DNA of 64,000 nt from Eledone cirrhosa (taxonomy: Eukaryota), in assembly GCA_964016885.1 (NCBI GenBank), contig OZ024741.1:355322001-355386000 (forward strand), in the 5' to 3' direction. Shown in pieces: positions 12,298-25,189 of this stretch; positions within the stretch are counted from its first letter, which is position 1, and every line of letters starts with the position of its first letter. The translations under genes were made by a program, and so were the position numbers. A model generated the notes under the pieces. That model made no database searches. It was not told the origin of the DNA and worked only from the letters and a program-made list of their open reading frames with translations.

Positions 12298-12995
12298 ATT
12301 GTTATACTTTGGGAGGGTCATGTTGCCAATAAGAAACACACGCACCAGTTGCTTTCACTTCAATTTATTATATATTTATAAATTTATAAATTTACAAATC
12401 TACAAACTTATAAGTTTCTGGTTGGTTGGTTGGTTCCACAACCAGATAGTTGTTTATATATAGTCATAGTCCTTTCGTCACACACTCTGTGACCTCTTCA
12501 GTGACTGGGGATTCCTTTCTTTGTTTCTGTGCCTTTCCTTTCTTCTGTCCTACGCCATTTTGTTTCTGTGTGTATGTTGTGTGCTCCGTTTGCGCATGCG
12601 CCACATCCGGGTGTCTGTGTGTGTTTGTGTTCATTTATCTATTTGTTTATTTATTTACATGTTGTTGGTTGGTTGTTTGTTCTATGTGTGTGTGTGTTTT
12701 CATTTTGTCCTTAATTGTAAGTTCTGATGTTGCTGTTCCACTCATATTTTCTATTTAATTTTGGTTGTAATTCTTTTATGCTTACTGCCTCTGTACTATC
12801 TGGTTGTGGAACCAACCAACCAACCAGAAACTTATAAGTTTGTAAATTTGTAAATTTATAAATATATAATAAATTGAAGTGTAAGAAACTGGTGCGTGTG
12901 TTTCTTATTGGCAACATGACCCTCCCAAAGTATAACAATATCGGTTTCAACACACGATTTCAGATAAAGAATCTTGCTAAACAAATTCAGAAACG

Positions 12996-13000
<5 letters not shown>
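12298..13000. mobile_element. Non-coding fold-back element with about 150-bp inverted arms, between (TA)n tracts
   Basis: 12298-12450 is the reverse complement of about 12795-12940 (gttatactttgggagggtcatgttgcc...ccacaaccagatagt). Confidence 0.75.
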
Positions 13001-13042
<42 letters not shown>

Positions 13043-13566
13043 ACACCTTCTTTGTTGTTATATATATATATATATATATATATATAACAACAAAGAAGGT
13101 GTGGTAAGATACCAGGTGAACCATAATGCACCAGAGTACTCAATACTTAGGGTAGTAGAGTGGGTAACAGGAAAAGAGTCAGGACTCGACGGCTGAGCTC
13201 CGGCCATTTCAATAGCTAGATCCAAACTTTTTTGACAGCTGGATCCGAACAGTTGCTAGGGGCCAAATGACAGTGTATTTATAATGACCGCTAGTTGATT
13301 TACAGTAAACAGATGGCCTTAGAAAATGTCCTCCTTTCACACAATTGGTGCCATGAGTCCTTTGACAAAGGAAATCTATCTATAGATATCTCTGTGAGGT
13401 CATAGATCAATCCTTTGGTGATTGTGACCACCAAGGAAAACGTGGGAACCCCCCCCCCCCTCCAAACACACACACACACACATATATATATAGAGAGAAT
13501 GAGAGAATGGAAAGGTAGATTTCTGGAAGATAAAGTAGATAAGAGAACAAACCAGTAAAAAGCTTA

Positions 13567-13956
<390 letters not shown>

Positions 13957-14473
13957 TTAAAAACCCACAATAGTCTCTTATAATCAAATAAACTCAAGGA
14001 ACAAATTCCAAGCTCTTTATAAAACAGTAAGGAGAGAAATATTTTATGGGATAATGGATGGTTTGTACACTTTGATTTCTTCTTTTAATTAATTTGTATT
14101 CACCGTTCCATCCATAGTTAAAATGTTCATCACCCTGGTGGTTTTATATCCCCTATGATCGAACACATATATTTATGTGTATTTCTTTTATATATATATA
14201 TATATCTCAGGTAGGGTGTGGTAAAAACCAGGTAGACCATAACCCACCAGAGTACTTGATACTTGAGGTAGTAGAGTGGGTAATATGAAAAGATTCAGGA
14301 CCCCGACGGTTGAGCTCTGGCTGTTTCGACAGCTAGATCCGAACGTAGTTAGCTATCGAAACGGCCGGATCTCAGCTGTCGGGGTCCCAAATCTTATCAT
14401 ATATATATATATATCATCATCATCATCATCATCATCATCGTTTAACGTCCATCTTCCACGCTAGCATGGGTAT

Positions 14474-14507
<34 letters not shown>

Positions 14508-14821
14508 GTATATAAAATGTATACAGAGTATGTGGTGCTGAGACCAGGGAGACCACTATTCATGGGAACACTCAATGCATGGGGAGATGCAGAGTGGGTA
14601 TAAATATATGTAAAATCCCAACCGTGGTGCCAAGTGATTTCGGGTTGGAGCTTGGTTGGTATTTTACATATCTCTCTCTATATATAGTATATATTTATAG
14701 TATATATAGTATATATTTATAGTATATATAGTATATATTTCAAGTTAAAAGATATATGTAGAGAGAAAAAGAGTCATATATTGATTGAGAAAAGTACAGT
14801 ATTTTATATATAATATATAAT

Positions 14822-14980
14822 TGTTTCTATTTTAGGCACAAGGCCATCAATTACCCAGTACATTACTGGTACTTTATTTTATCGACCCCGTAAGGATGAA
14901 AGGCAAAGTCAACCTCGGAGGGATTTGAACTCAGATCATAAAGAGACGTAACTCTATGCTTCAAACCATGGTGTCCACCG

Positions 14981-14982
<2 letters not shown>
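14822..14982 (-). mobile_element. tRNA-derived SINE (family with GCCTTTCATCCTTACGGGGTCGATAAAATAAAGTACCAG core)
   Basis: B-box GAGTTCAAATCC, the conserved core and a 3' GGCCTTGTGCC..GAAACAATTA end. More than 10 copies in the window. Confidence 0.8.
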
Positions 14983-15041
<59 letters not shown>

Positions 15042-15302
15042 TAGGAGAGGAGGAGAGAGAGAGATACAGAGAAGTGCGATACAAATTATTAAATGGTGAT
15101 AGCCGAAGTGAAATGCGCTCAATGCTTGGGTTAACAGAGTTAAATATTAGAGAGGATCTGACGGTATATTTATTGATGACATTGTATTAACAAACATTTC
15201 TCGGAAGAGGCCGCATGATTCTTTAATGCGGGTGAAACGTTATGTAAGATGTGTATAAAGAACATGTTATAACGGCTAGTAACCCCTTCATTCATTCACT
15301 TG

Positions 15303-15337
<35 letters not shown>

Positions 15338-15807
15338 GGGAATCAGTAAAATCGAATCTCTGGCAGTTTGCAAGTAAATTCGGCCTACTTATATGAAGTG
15401 ATGAGTTAGCAAAGCACTCGATAAGGTAGGGCCTTAGAGTAATAACATACGTTTAAATAGCTTGACACATCGAACATTGTGGTAGGCCAAACTAACACAC
15501 AATATATACCAAAGTAACGATAGAACTAATCAGGTTGAGAAAAGTACACCTGGACAGATCAAACGAACAATCGTTTAAAGTGTTTCTTTGAATCCGAAAT
15601 CAAATATCAGACTTACTTGAAAGGCAAGCTCATGGTATTGAAAGCAAATAATATTCAGAAAAATACATGTACTTTAAGGTGGAAAATTTTTTTTTTAACT
15701 TGACTTATTGATACTCTGAACCAAGATCCATTGAGCTTTTTTATTGACAAACATGATCATCATACATATTAAATAAGTATTAATACCTTAACATAATAGT
15801 ATATATA

Positions 15808-15840
<33 letters not shown>

Positions 15841-17065
15841 TGAAAGAGTGGTCAACGGTACAAAAAAAGGGTTTTATTTACAGTTTAACAATTGTTTCAC
15901 TGATTAAATTGTCTAAAAATTGCTGAACACTTGGAGCTGTGCCACTCAATTTTAAATACGTTGTTAGCTTAACCAGATCATCAGAGAAACTGTTAAAATA
16001 TGTTCAGTTTTCACGAATTCAAATTACAACATCATTAATAATATTAATAATAAAAATAGAGAGAGAAAACAGAAAGAGAGAAAAAAAGAAAGAAAAAGGA
16101 GAAAGGAAAAAAGAAAAAGATATAGAGAAAAAAAGACAGAGAAAAGAGGATAGAAAGAGAAGAGAAAAGGATAAATAAAAATAAAAATAAAAGTAATGAT
16201 AAATGAATAAATGCTAATAAATAATACAAAACAATATAAAATATGAAAATAAATAAATAAAAAATGTTTATATGTGTGAAGAAAAGTAAACATAGTATGA
16301 TTATTGAGAGTAGTTGTGGTGTTGGTGGTTAATACATAGAGATACAATGGTATAAACATGAAAATGTTAAATATAATCATGTGTGTATTGGTTATTTTAA
16401 TAAATTAATCAGGTAATTAATTAATTATTTGATTAATTAATTGTAAGTTATATTAGAAGGGAAAATAATACGATAAGATAAAATGTAAGAGATGAAATAA
16501 ATTTAGGGAGAGAAATAGAAAGATATAAAATGAAAGGGAGAAAATATAAAATATAAAAGGTTATGATGTTGGTTCATTGACAGATGGTGACAATAATAAT
16601 AATAATGACAATAATAGGTTATTATAATAGATCTAAGTGGTACAATTTGAGTTATCGAATAAATGGGATGAATTGAGTTGGTCTAAAATTATCGAATTTT
16701 GTCGCCGTTTTATGCTTACAGAAAATAGTTCTTTCAATTTTGCTGTTAAGTAGCATTTTGTTGTATTTTAACATTTGGAATAGTTCCATATTACAAAGGC
16801 CATAGGGGGACATGCCAATTATATAGGCTATTGCCATTGATAACTTCAACGGCAATAGCCTATAGAATTGGCATGTCCCCCTATGGTCTTTGTAATATGG
16901 AACTATTCCAAATGTTAAAATACAACAAAATGCTACTTAACAGCAAAATTGAAAGAACTATTTTCTGTAAGCATAAAACGGCGACAAAATGTTCAGCAAT
17001 TTTTAGACAACTTAATCAGTGAAACAATTGTTAAACTGTAAATAAAACCATTTTTTGTACTGTTA
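15841..17065 (-). mobile_element. Penelope-like 3' fragment with an inverted (tail-to-tail) duplication
   Basis: The GIY-YIG C-terminus (CNMELFQMLKYNKMLLNSKIERTIFCKHK) is present on both strands (16652-16855 minus, 16831-17022 plus). pLTR with hammerhead at 15881-15992 and a partial inverted pLTR at 16992-17065. (TA)n flanks. Confidence 0.85.
15881..15992 (-). ncRNA. Type I hammerhead ribozyme with extended stem II
   Basis: Minus strand reads cagtttct-CTGATGA-tctggttaa...ttaatcagt-GAAA-caattg-TT-aaactg. Palindromic stem III ACAATTGT. Confidence 0.75.
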
Positions 17066-17645
17066 TATATATATATAATCATCATTTAATGTCTATTTTC
17101 CATGCTACAATGGGTTATATATATTTATGTATATATATATATGAAGGTGTGTGGCTACTTCACATTGCTCCACTTAACTCAGCTGGCAAAAATGAGTTCT
17201 ACTTATAAGTCAAAGGGCTAGCCTTGTCACACCCTGTGTCACATTGAATCTATCTGGGAATTATGTTAAGGGTTCATGTAATTGTGGAATGCTCAGCCAT
17301 TTGCATGTAAATTCCATGAGCAGGCTGTTCCGTTCAAGTGGTACGCTTGTTATCAGAACCAACAGAGGTCCCACATGTGTGTGAGTTGTGCAGTTCATGT
17401 TTCATGTACATGCGTGTATGTATATATATATATACATACATGAACACATGTTTATATTAATTACTCATCAAGCCAAAGAATAATCACTGGAAGCAACTTA
17501 GAGAGTATACTGATTGGAACATTGTGTCAACAATACATCCTAGATGAGGAAAAATTGTCCAAAAAACAAACAAATCTCATACTGGATAAGAATTACAAAT
17601 GAAAAATAGTAAAAGAAAAAAAAAAAGAAAATTGTTCTGTCTTAC

Positions 17646-17966
17646 CGATAGAAGCCACTGCCTTTGACTTGGAGACAGGTACCCCCATGTAAACAGGGTT
17701 TTGGCTTACATAAGTCAATCTCGCCTTGGCAACTGACTCCACTGAAACCAGGTAGACAATCACAGATAAAATATCCAGGTTTCTCCTGTCGACATACACC
17801 GTCGTTATAACATGGTTGACTGGCACATGCATTTATGGGCTTCTCACATAATGTACCATTGAATCCCAGAATGCAATCACAATAGAATGAGCCAGGTTTT
17901 CCTTCATGGCAAGTACCCTGGTTCCGACACTGGTTGACTTTACATTCATCACGATCAACTGAGCAT
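17646..17966 (-). CDS. Multi-EGF protein, exon 6 (CSVDRDEC...GSGFYR)
   Basis: Acceptor ttattttaag|A, donor TAT CG|gtaag. 321 nt, phase 2 to 2. Confidence 0.95.
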
Positions 17967-17980
17967 CTTAAAATAAAAAA

Positions 17981-19702
17981 CAGAAACAATAGAATTTTTC
18001 TCTTTTCCTGGCTTGTAATCACTTTTTTTTGTGTTGCTTAGGTCCCAAATAAAAAAAAAAAAAGTGCTATTAAACAGTTAAAAGTTTGGGTTTTTAAAAA
18101 TTCTAAGCTATTCAGTAGCTGGATTTTACGTTGTATGTAAGTTTAATTTGCTTATGTTAAATGATTTTTTTATATATGTTTCAGGTTAAATTAAAATTAT
18201 AAAATAAAGAGTAATACCTAAAGAAAATTATAAAAGTGCAATAAAGTATAAAATTGTTAAAAAGTGGATTAAAGAGATTTATTGATACTGAATTTTCGCA
18301 CCCTGAATAAAGGGTAAGTTGTGTTTTAAGCATTCGTCTCCAGGATGAAGCAGTGGAACTTGGTCAAGGAGGAAGTGCAGGTGACAAGTCAGAGAAGTCG
18401 ACACAGACCTTTCTCAGGCTTTTACACTCTTAGCGATGGCCTCTGCTTCTGCCATGACGTGCCTGGACTGTTTGATGTTATTGGGGTGCCGTTTGTGCCC
18501 AAGGAGTGGCGGCTATTTATAGACAGCTTCACCACAAGTTTGAAGGCTGTCTTCCTCCACAATGGAAACAAGTTCCCGACACTGCCCCTAGCTAATTCAG
18601 TCTGCCTGAAGGAAGATTACTACAGTGTGAAAGTCCTCTTGGAAGCTCTGCAATACAACCAGTATAATTGGGAAATCATTGACTTGAAGATGGTGGCTTT
18701 CCTGCTTGAACTCTAAGGAGGCTTTATCAAATTCCAATGCTTCCTCTGCCTTTGGGACAGCAGAACCACCTCTGACCACTACAAAAGAAAGAACTAGGAG
18801 CAGCGAACAGAATTTGTAGTTGGGACCCAGAACGTCATGTGGGAGCCACTGGTTGATCCCAGGATTGTGCTCATGCCGCCATTGCACATTAAGTTGGGGT
18901 TGATGAAGCAGTTTGTGAAGGCTCTCAACCAAGAATCAGCCGCTTTTAAGTACCTTCTTGAGTTCTTCCCCAAATTATCTGAGGCCAAAATCAAAGGTGG
19001 AATTTTTGTTGGACCTCAGATAAAGTAGGTGTTTGAGTCTACCAAGTTCTCCAATAAGCTCAATAGGATTGAGAGAACAGTATGGAACTGTTTCAAGGCA
19101 GTTGTTAAGGGCTTCCTGGGCAACTACAGAGCTGAAAACTACCAGCAACTGGTGCAGGATCTGATAAAGGCTTTTGGCACCATGGGATGCAGGATGTCGC
19201 TTAAACTCCATATGCTAGACGCTCACCTGGAAAAATTCAAGGACAATATGGGCGCCTACTCAGAAGAACAAGGCGAACGATTCCACCAAGATGTGAAAGA
19301 GATAGAGCGGAGGTACCAGGGCCACTACAATGAAAAAATGATGGGGGATTATATGTGGGGGATAGTGCGGGGATGCGACCTGGACTACAACCGCAAAACC
19401 AGGAAATCCAGTCATTTCTGACGTGTATAAGTTGCTTTATAAGTGTTATTTGTTTTTACTTGTTTGCTTTTGATAAGCTTGTGTAATAAAATAAATATAT
19501 ACTCTGTTGATTTAATTATATGAACTGATAAATTTAAAAAAAATGTGTTTTTTCTTAAAAAATATGAAAATTTCGAAATATCAAACTCCTGACCACAAAC
19601 CCAAACTTCTGATTAAATAATAGTGTTTTTTTATAATAATGGGATATAATAAACCAGGAAATGACACTTAGAACCAGGGAACAAGTAATATATTACACAG
19701 TG
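17981..19702 (+). mobile_element. Chapaev3-like DNA transposon, internally deleted and pseudogenised
   Basis: Motifs EWRLFIDS..SLKAVFLHNGN, PPLHIKLGLMKQFVKAL and EEQGERFHQD. Right end ttacacagtg followed by tta. A degenerate left TIR at about 17981-18095 resembles the reverse complement of the right end. The left boundary is approximate. Confidence 0.75.
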
Positions 19703-19719
19703 TTATTATTACTGTTGTT

Positions 19720-20885
19720 GTTTCTATTGTTGGCAAGAGTCCTGCAATTTGAAGGGAAGGAGAAAGTTGATTAAATCAACCCCAGTGCATTACTGATACT
19801 TTATTTTATTGACCCTATAAGAATGAAAGGCAAAGCTAACCTCAGCCAGATTTATACTCACAATGTAAAGTGATGTAAAGTGATGTAACTATGTTCCACA
19901 AAGGAGTTGATAAAATGAAGTGCCACTAATGATGCATTGGGGTCAATTAATTAATCCCCCCCCCCACCAAAACTTGTTCGCTTTGCGCTCAAATGAGAAA
20001 CCATTATAATTATTAAAGCACGGTCGATTGGCAGTGTTGGTAGAGAGTCAGATGCCATGTTTTGCAGCATAGAGTCTGAGGTTAACTTTGCCTTTCATCC
20101 TTACGGGGTCGATAAAATAAAGTACCAGTAATGCACTGGGATAATTGTTGGCCATGTGCGAAAAGTTGAAACAATTATTCTTAAAGGTCTTTGGATTGGC
20201 TGTATCGGGAGAGCGCCAGACACCATGCTTTGCGGCATAAAGGTATGGCCCTTTACGTTCTGAATTCAAATCCCGCCGAGGTTAGCTTTGCCTTACATCC
20301 TTACGGGCTTGATAAAATATAGCACCAGTAATGCACTGGGGTAATTGCTGGCCTTATGCCAAAAGTATAAACAATTAGTATTATTAAAACAAATCAACAT
20401 TAGTTATGGCTCTTTATGGTCTGTATTCAAATCCCACCAAGGTCAACTTTGCCTTTCATCCTTCCAGGGGGAATAAAATAAAATACCAGTTACATACTAG
20501 GATCGATATAATCAACTTTCCTCTTCTCACAAATTGCTGGCCTTGTGCCTAAATGAGAAATCATTATTATTGCTCTTGTTGTTTTGAGGTCAATTTTGTC
20601 CTTCCTCATTTCATCATGTTCATCATAATTGTCATTTTTATGTTTGCTTTCCATGCTGGCATGGTTTGAAAGGGAAAGGGGGTTTCACATTTTGTTCATA
20701 CATTCCATTTATCACATGGTTTCTACAGCTGGACACCCTCTCAAAAACAAACCACTTTACAGAGTGTACTGGCTGTATTTTATGAGAGGTTGGTATATTT
20801 CATATTGGAGGTTGGTGTAATCAACTTATTCCCTTCTCCTTAAATTTCTGGCTTTGTACCTAAATTAGAAATCATCATTATTGGT
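19720..20885. mobile_element. Cluster of at least 5 SINE copies or fragments of the same tRNA-derived family
   Basis: Repeated gcctttcatcc..ggggtcgataaaata core at about 19800 (minus), 20090, 20290 and 20455 (plus), separated by (TTA)-rich tails. Confidence 0.8.
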
Positions 20886-21265
20886 ATTGTTTTTTCTATT
20901 AGTGACTTAGTTTATCTTCACTCTGCATCAACATCATCAACATCATCGACAATCCCCCACTATCATCATCATTATCATCACTATTGCCATCACAATCATT
21001 GCCTTCATCATCATTGCCATCATCATCATCATCATTGTTGTCATCATCATCATCATCATCATCCAATCATCATCCACACCACCACCACCACCACCACCAC
21101 CACTACAATCATCATTATTATCATCATTCACACCATCATCATTATTATCACCATTTCACATCCAATTTCCCCTACCACGATGCTGGCATGCATTGGACAG
21201 GTGGTCTTCACCCACATCTCAACAACTGAATGCAGATGTGTCTTTGAAAAGAAGTCTTATCTTAC

Positions 21266-21489
21266 CTTTCACCTTCAAATCCCACCGCGCAGCTGCACAC
21301 ATAGAGACTAGGAGATGTATTTGTACAGGTGCCACCATTAAGACATGGTTGTGACAAACACATGTCCTTTCTTTTCTCACACCTATCACCCATGTAGCCA
21401 TCATCACACAAGCAAAAGTAGTTTCCAGGAGCTAAATTCTTACATATTCCATGGAGGCAAGGATTTGGCTGACACTCATCAATATCATG
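21266..21489 (-). CDS. Multi-EGF protein, exon 5 (HDIDECQPNPC...GFEGER)
   Basis: Acceptor ...catcaaaag|CAT (atypical A-rich), donor GAA AG|gtaag. 224 nt, phase 0 to 2. Matches the phase-0 end of exon 4 (YCE|HDIDEC). Confidence 0.9.
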
Positions 21490-21588
21490 CTTTTGATGTT
21501 TTTTTTTTAGTGTTGAAATTATAAGAAAGAAAGAAAAAATTAAAAACAAATAAGCAAATTATGATAACAGAAATTATATTATAAACTA

Positions 21589-23258
21589 CTAGCTGAGGGT
21601 ATTTTATTAAAGTTACAATATTTGACCATTGAAATATGATTGCTGAATTTTAACTAAAGTCGGAATTATAGCAGAATATTTATTGCCGTTTGTTTAAAGC
21701 AAATCATGTAGATAAAAATATTATTAGTTTTGTCCAGTGGTGATTTTTTTAAATACTGCTCCCTATTACAGTCAGCATATATAATGCTTCGTACTTGGAA
21801 GAATCATTGTGTTGTCAGTGGACAAAAAAAAAAAAAAATTTAGATTTTATTTATCCATTTTTTTTGCACAATCAGAACCTCTGAAATTCAAACAAAATGT
21901 GAAGGCTATTTTAAAAAGCATAAATAAAATAAAATAAAAATAAATTTACCATTGGTTTATGAATGAATGAAGAATTTACTTACTCATTTCTGTAATTCAG
22001 GAAAGTTTATTTAAATGTGTCTAAGTGTGGTAAATATATACATATACACCAGGAACCAAACTCCCACTGTCACTGCCTCCATCTCTCCTGATCTCCCCAT
22101 CACTCACCATTATGAGCAAATGGGGGCCTACGCGCTGGCCGCCCAGCAGCCCCGGCGGTTGGAATAGAGGATGATGAGGGAGACGCACTGGAAAATCCAT
22201 TCCGGCTTGTGAGGCTCACCCCTGTGGGTAGCCAACATTGTGCCGATGGTGGTAAGTTGGGAGGTAGCCCTAGAGCCAAGGAAACCAGAAGTCTCCATTG
22301 CTATGAGCTCAACAACAAACCTGTTGACGAGCGACCGATATTTGGAGAGTTTATGCTCCTTGGCCCAAAGTGCAGCAGAGCCTGGGTTAATTAAAATTTT
22401 TACACTGTAGCTTTCACCAGCTTTTACCTCTATGGCAGTAGGATCTTGTTTGAGGGAGATTTGTTTTCTATTTCTTTTAGGTACACTAACAGTTATAGTG
22501 GCTTCCATGACATACACACATGCATGTGTGTGTGTAAGACTGTTCACTGTGATTTGAAATGGATTTTGCTAATATTTCTAGTAGATCGAGGTGTCACATA
22601 CAACCTTTCCATTTTGCTTCATATATATACACGAGACAGTAGACTGGGATATATATATGTCTCTCACTTAAGTACGGTGATAAACACACACACACACACT
22701 TGTCTCTAATTTTAGAACGCCGAGACACACACGCGCGCGTACACAAACACACACACTCACATACACACAGTCTCATTACGACTTTTGTGAAAGAGAGAGA
22801 GAAAGAGAAGTAACGTTAAGAAAGGAGTTAGTTAAGAAGCATTTAAAAAATAAATAAATAAAAGTTAGTTATTGAACTATGCTATAATTTTTCTGTTTCT
22901 TTCTCTCTTTCTTTGGCTCTCTTCCTCTCTTTCTCTCACCCCCTCCTCTCTCTCTCTTATCCACGCTCTCCCATCCCCTCTCTTTCTCTCTTATCCCCTC
23001 TCTCTCTTTCTCTACAGAATGAAGAACAAAAAAATATAAATAAATTGTTGCTTCATTTTGGAGGACTGAGTTGTGGGAGGAGGAAGGGGGGTAGTGGGAG
23101 GGTTTAATGTCCCCAGGGGTTCCATTATTGAAATCCAATTAGCCAGTCATATTTCTGAATATTAGCTTAACATGTGTGTAAAGTTTCATCAGGATCGGAT
23201 CACTGGTTTAGACGCCAACTGGTTACACGCAGACAGAAATTGCCATTTATATGGTAGA
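21589..23258 (-). mobile_element. Possible non-autonomous Helitron
   Basis: The minus strand begins A|TCTACCATATAAATGGC at 23258 and has CTAG|T at 21589 (Helitron TC...CTAG in an AT target). The 5' region ccgatcctgatgaaacttt resembles known invertebrate non-autonomous Helitrons. No 3' GC hairpin seen. Confidence 0.4.
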
Positions 23259-23264
23259 TGACGG

Positions 23265-23472
23265 TTTCTGATTTAGGACAACAATTTTGTGGGGAAGAGA
23301 AAGTCGATTAAATCAACCCCAGTGCATTACTGGTACTTTATTTTAGCGCCCTGGTAAGGATGAAAGGCAAAGCTAACCTCGGCGGGATTTGAACTCAGAA
23401 TGTAAAGAGACATAACTCAATTCCACAAAGCATGTTATCTGGCGCTATACCAATACTGCCAATCCACCACCC
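23265..23472 (-). mobile_element. tRNA-derived SINE, near full length
   Basis: Same family as 48395-48610 (A box, B box and core). Confidence 0.8.
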
Positions 23473-24394
23473 TTGTTTTATCAACTACAATAATAGCAAA
23501 TGTCTCCATATCTATTTATTTATATATTTGTCTGTCACTCACTGAAAGGGAGATGACTGAGGAAAAAAAGGGGTTGTTGACAAACAATATAAAACAGCGA
23601 CCAGCGTTCTAAGAGATGTTACACTTGTGTAAGTATATGTGTAGTGAATTGGCTATTATTATTGTGTGAGTGTTTGTCTGGGTGTATGTGTGTGAGTGTA
23701 TGTGTGTTTGTGTGAATATATTTATATGAATATTATTAAATGTTTGACATTCAAGTTGAATAATGTGTGATGAAGATAGTTAGTTAGACTAAAGGAAACA
23801 AGAAAAAACACAGAGCAGGTGTTATGCAGAGTGGGAAAGGTGGGCTAGTAGTAATAGACATATCTCAGCTGTTTCGTAGCACTGAGATAAAAGAATGAGC
23901 TAAGAGAGTCATGTGATCACCAATTCAAATGATCAAAATCCAGAGATAGGAGTTATATATATGCAAAGCATGTGTTTAGAAGATGGTGAGCGGTTAATAG
24001 CACACTTGTCCGGCAAACAGAAAGTGCTGGTGCCCATTTTTTTCCATTTAAGACTCAGAACTCTCCTATGTTTTTTGCTACTGGAAGTCCTCTTTTTTGT
24101 TGAAACACTAAAAGTTGAATAAGCTGAGTTTACTCAATAAAATGCCTGTCCTTGCATTTCTCGGTGTTATGTCTTCATTGTAGTATTGAATTCAATAATA
24201 TATTAAAACTTGTCGCATGGATTCTGTGCTCTACACCTTGGATATCTTCGCCAAACTATATATATATATATATAGGTATTAGTGGTGCAAATTAATTGCA
24301 GCCGTAGGCGGTATGCCAAGATGAGCACTCGATGCTCGTGGTGAGCAGAGTATCAACAATAATAATATATAAGGGTGAGTGGTTGATAGCACAC

Positions 24395-24830
24395 TTGTCA
24401 AATCTCAGTGGGGAAGACGACCTAGAACTCAGCAGTTATTACTGCCATTTCTTGGTCAAGAGGGTATTTTACACTGGTCTCATACTGAAGCCATTCATGT
24501 GTAGCTGCCGGTCCGCCGGAAGTCTGCTGTTTTAGTCTTTTGAAGTAAGTACAAAGGGAATAAAGAAATAAATATTAAAAGAAAAAAATAAAATAAATAA
24601 AACCAATCTTTACAAAAAGATAAAGAAGCAATAAAGAAATAAATAATACGGACAGAAAAAATGCGATTGTGAGATAGAAAATAAAAGGATAAGATGAAGA
24701 AATAAAAAAGTAAAAGGATAAAACCATAAAAACATAAAATAATAAAAAAAAAACATAAAAAATATATATAAAAAAATAAAAAGATAAAGCAATAATAATG
24801 CAGATAAAGGATAAAAAGTAATATATACTC
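24395..24830 (-). mobile_element. PLE pLTR-like non-coding repeat (inverted diverged partner at about 27220-27480)
   Basis: The reverse complement aligns with 27220-27480 (ttatctgcatta...cttcaaaagacta..acagcagacttc...atgagaccag...cttgaccaagaaa). Contains a decayed hammerhead-like core. Confidence 0.6.
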
Positions 24831-25189
24831 CAAGAAAATGCGGGATTACAAGTGTTGCCAACAGCAGACTGGAGTGCCGTGGAGGGTAGTTGAGAGGACC
24901 CGCACTGAACTTAACACCAACAACACCCTATCCACTATAGTGCCCCAATCTGTCGTGAGCCATGACACTGACACCCAACTGACAACAACATCGACCGTGA
25001 TCCCTAGTGTCTTAACAGGCTGATACAGAAATGATGTAACACCTGGAACCCTGGGCTCCGGTGCACAACATCAGAATAGGCATCCTGTCACCCTGCCTTG
25101 CAACTGCCGTAATAAAGCACAGTGCCCTCTCCAGGGCAACTGCATGGTCAGGAATATCATGTACAAATGTGTTGTTGAAACGCAGAACA

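Noticed and set aside
20943-21229. Poly-Met, poly-His and poly-Ser ORFs
   Set aside because: (CAT)n/(CAC)n microsatellite with no splice signals linking it to the gene.
23182-23195. gtttcatcag (CTGATGAAAC on minus)
   Set aside because: No room for stem II. It is part of the Helitron-like 5' region.
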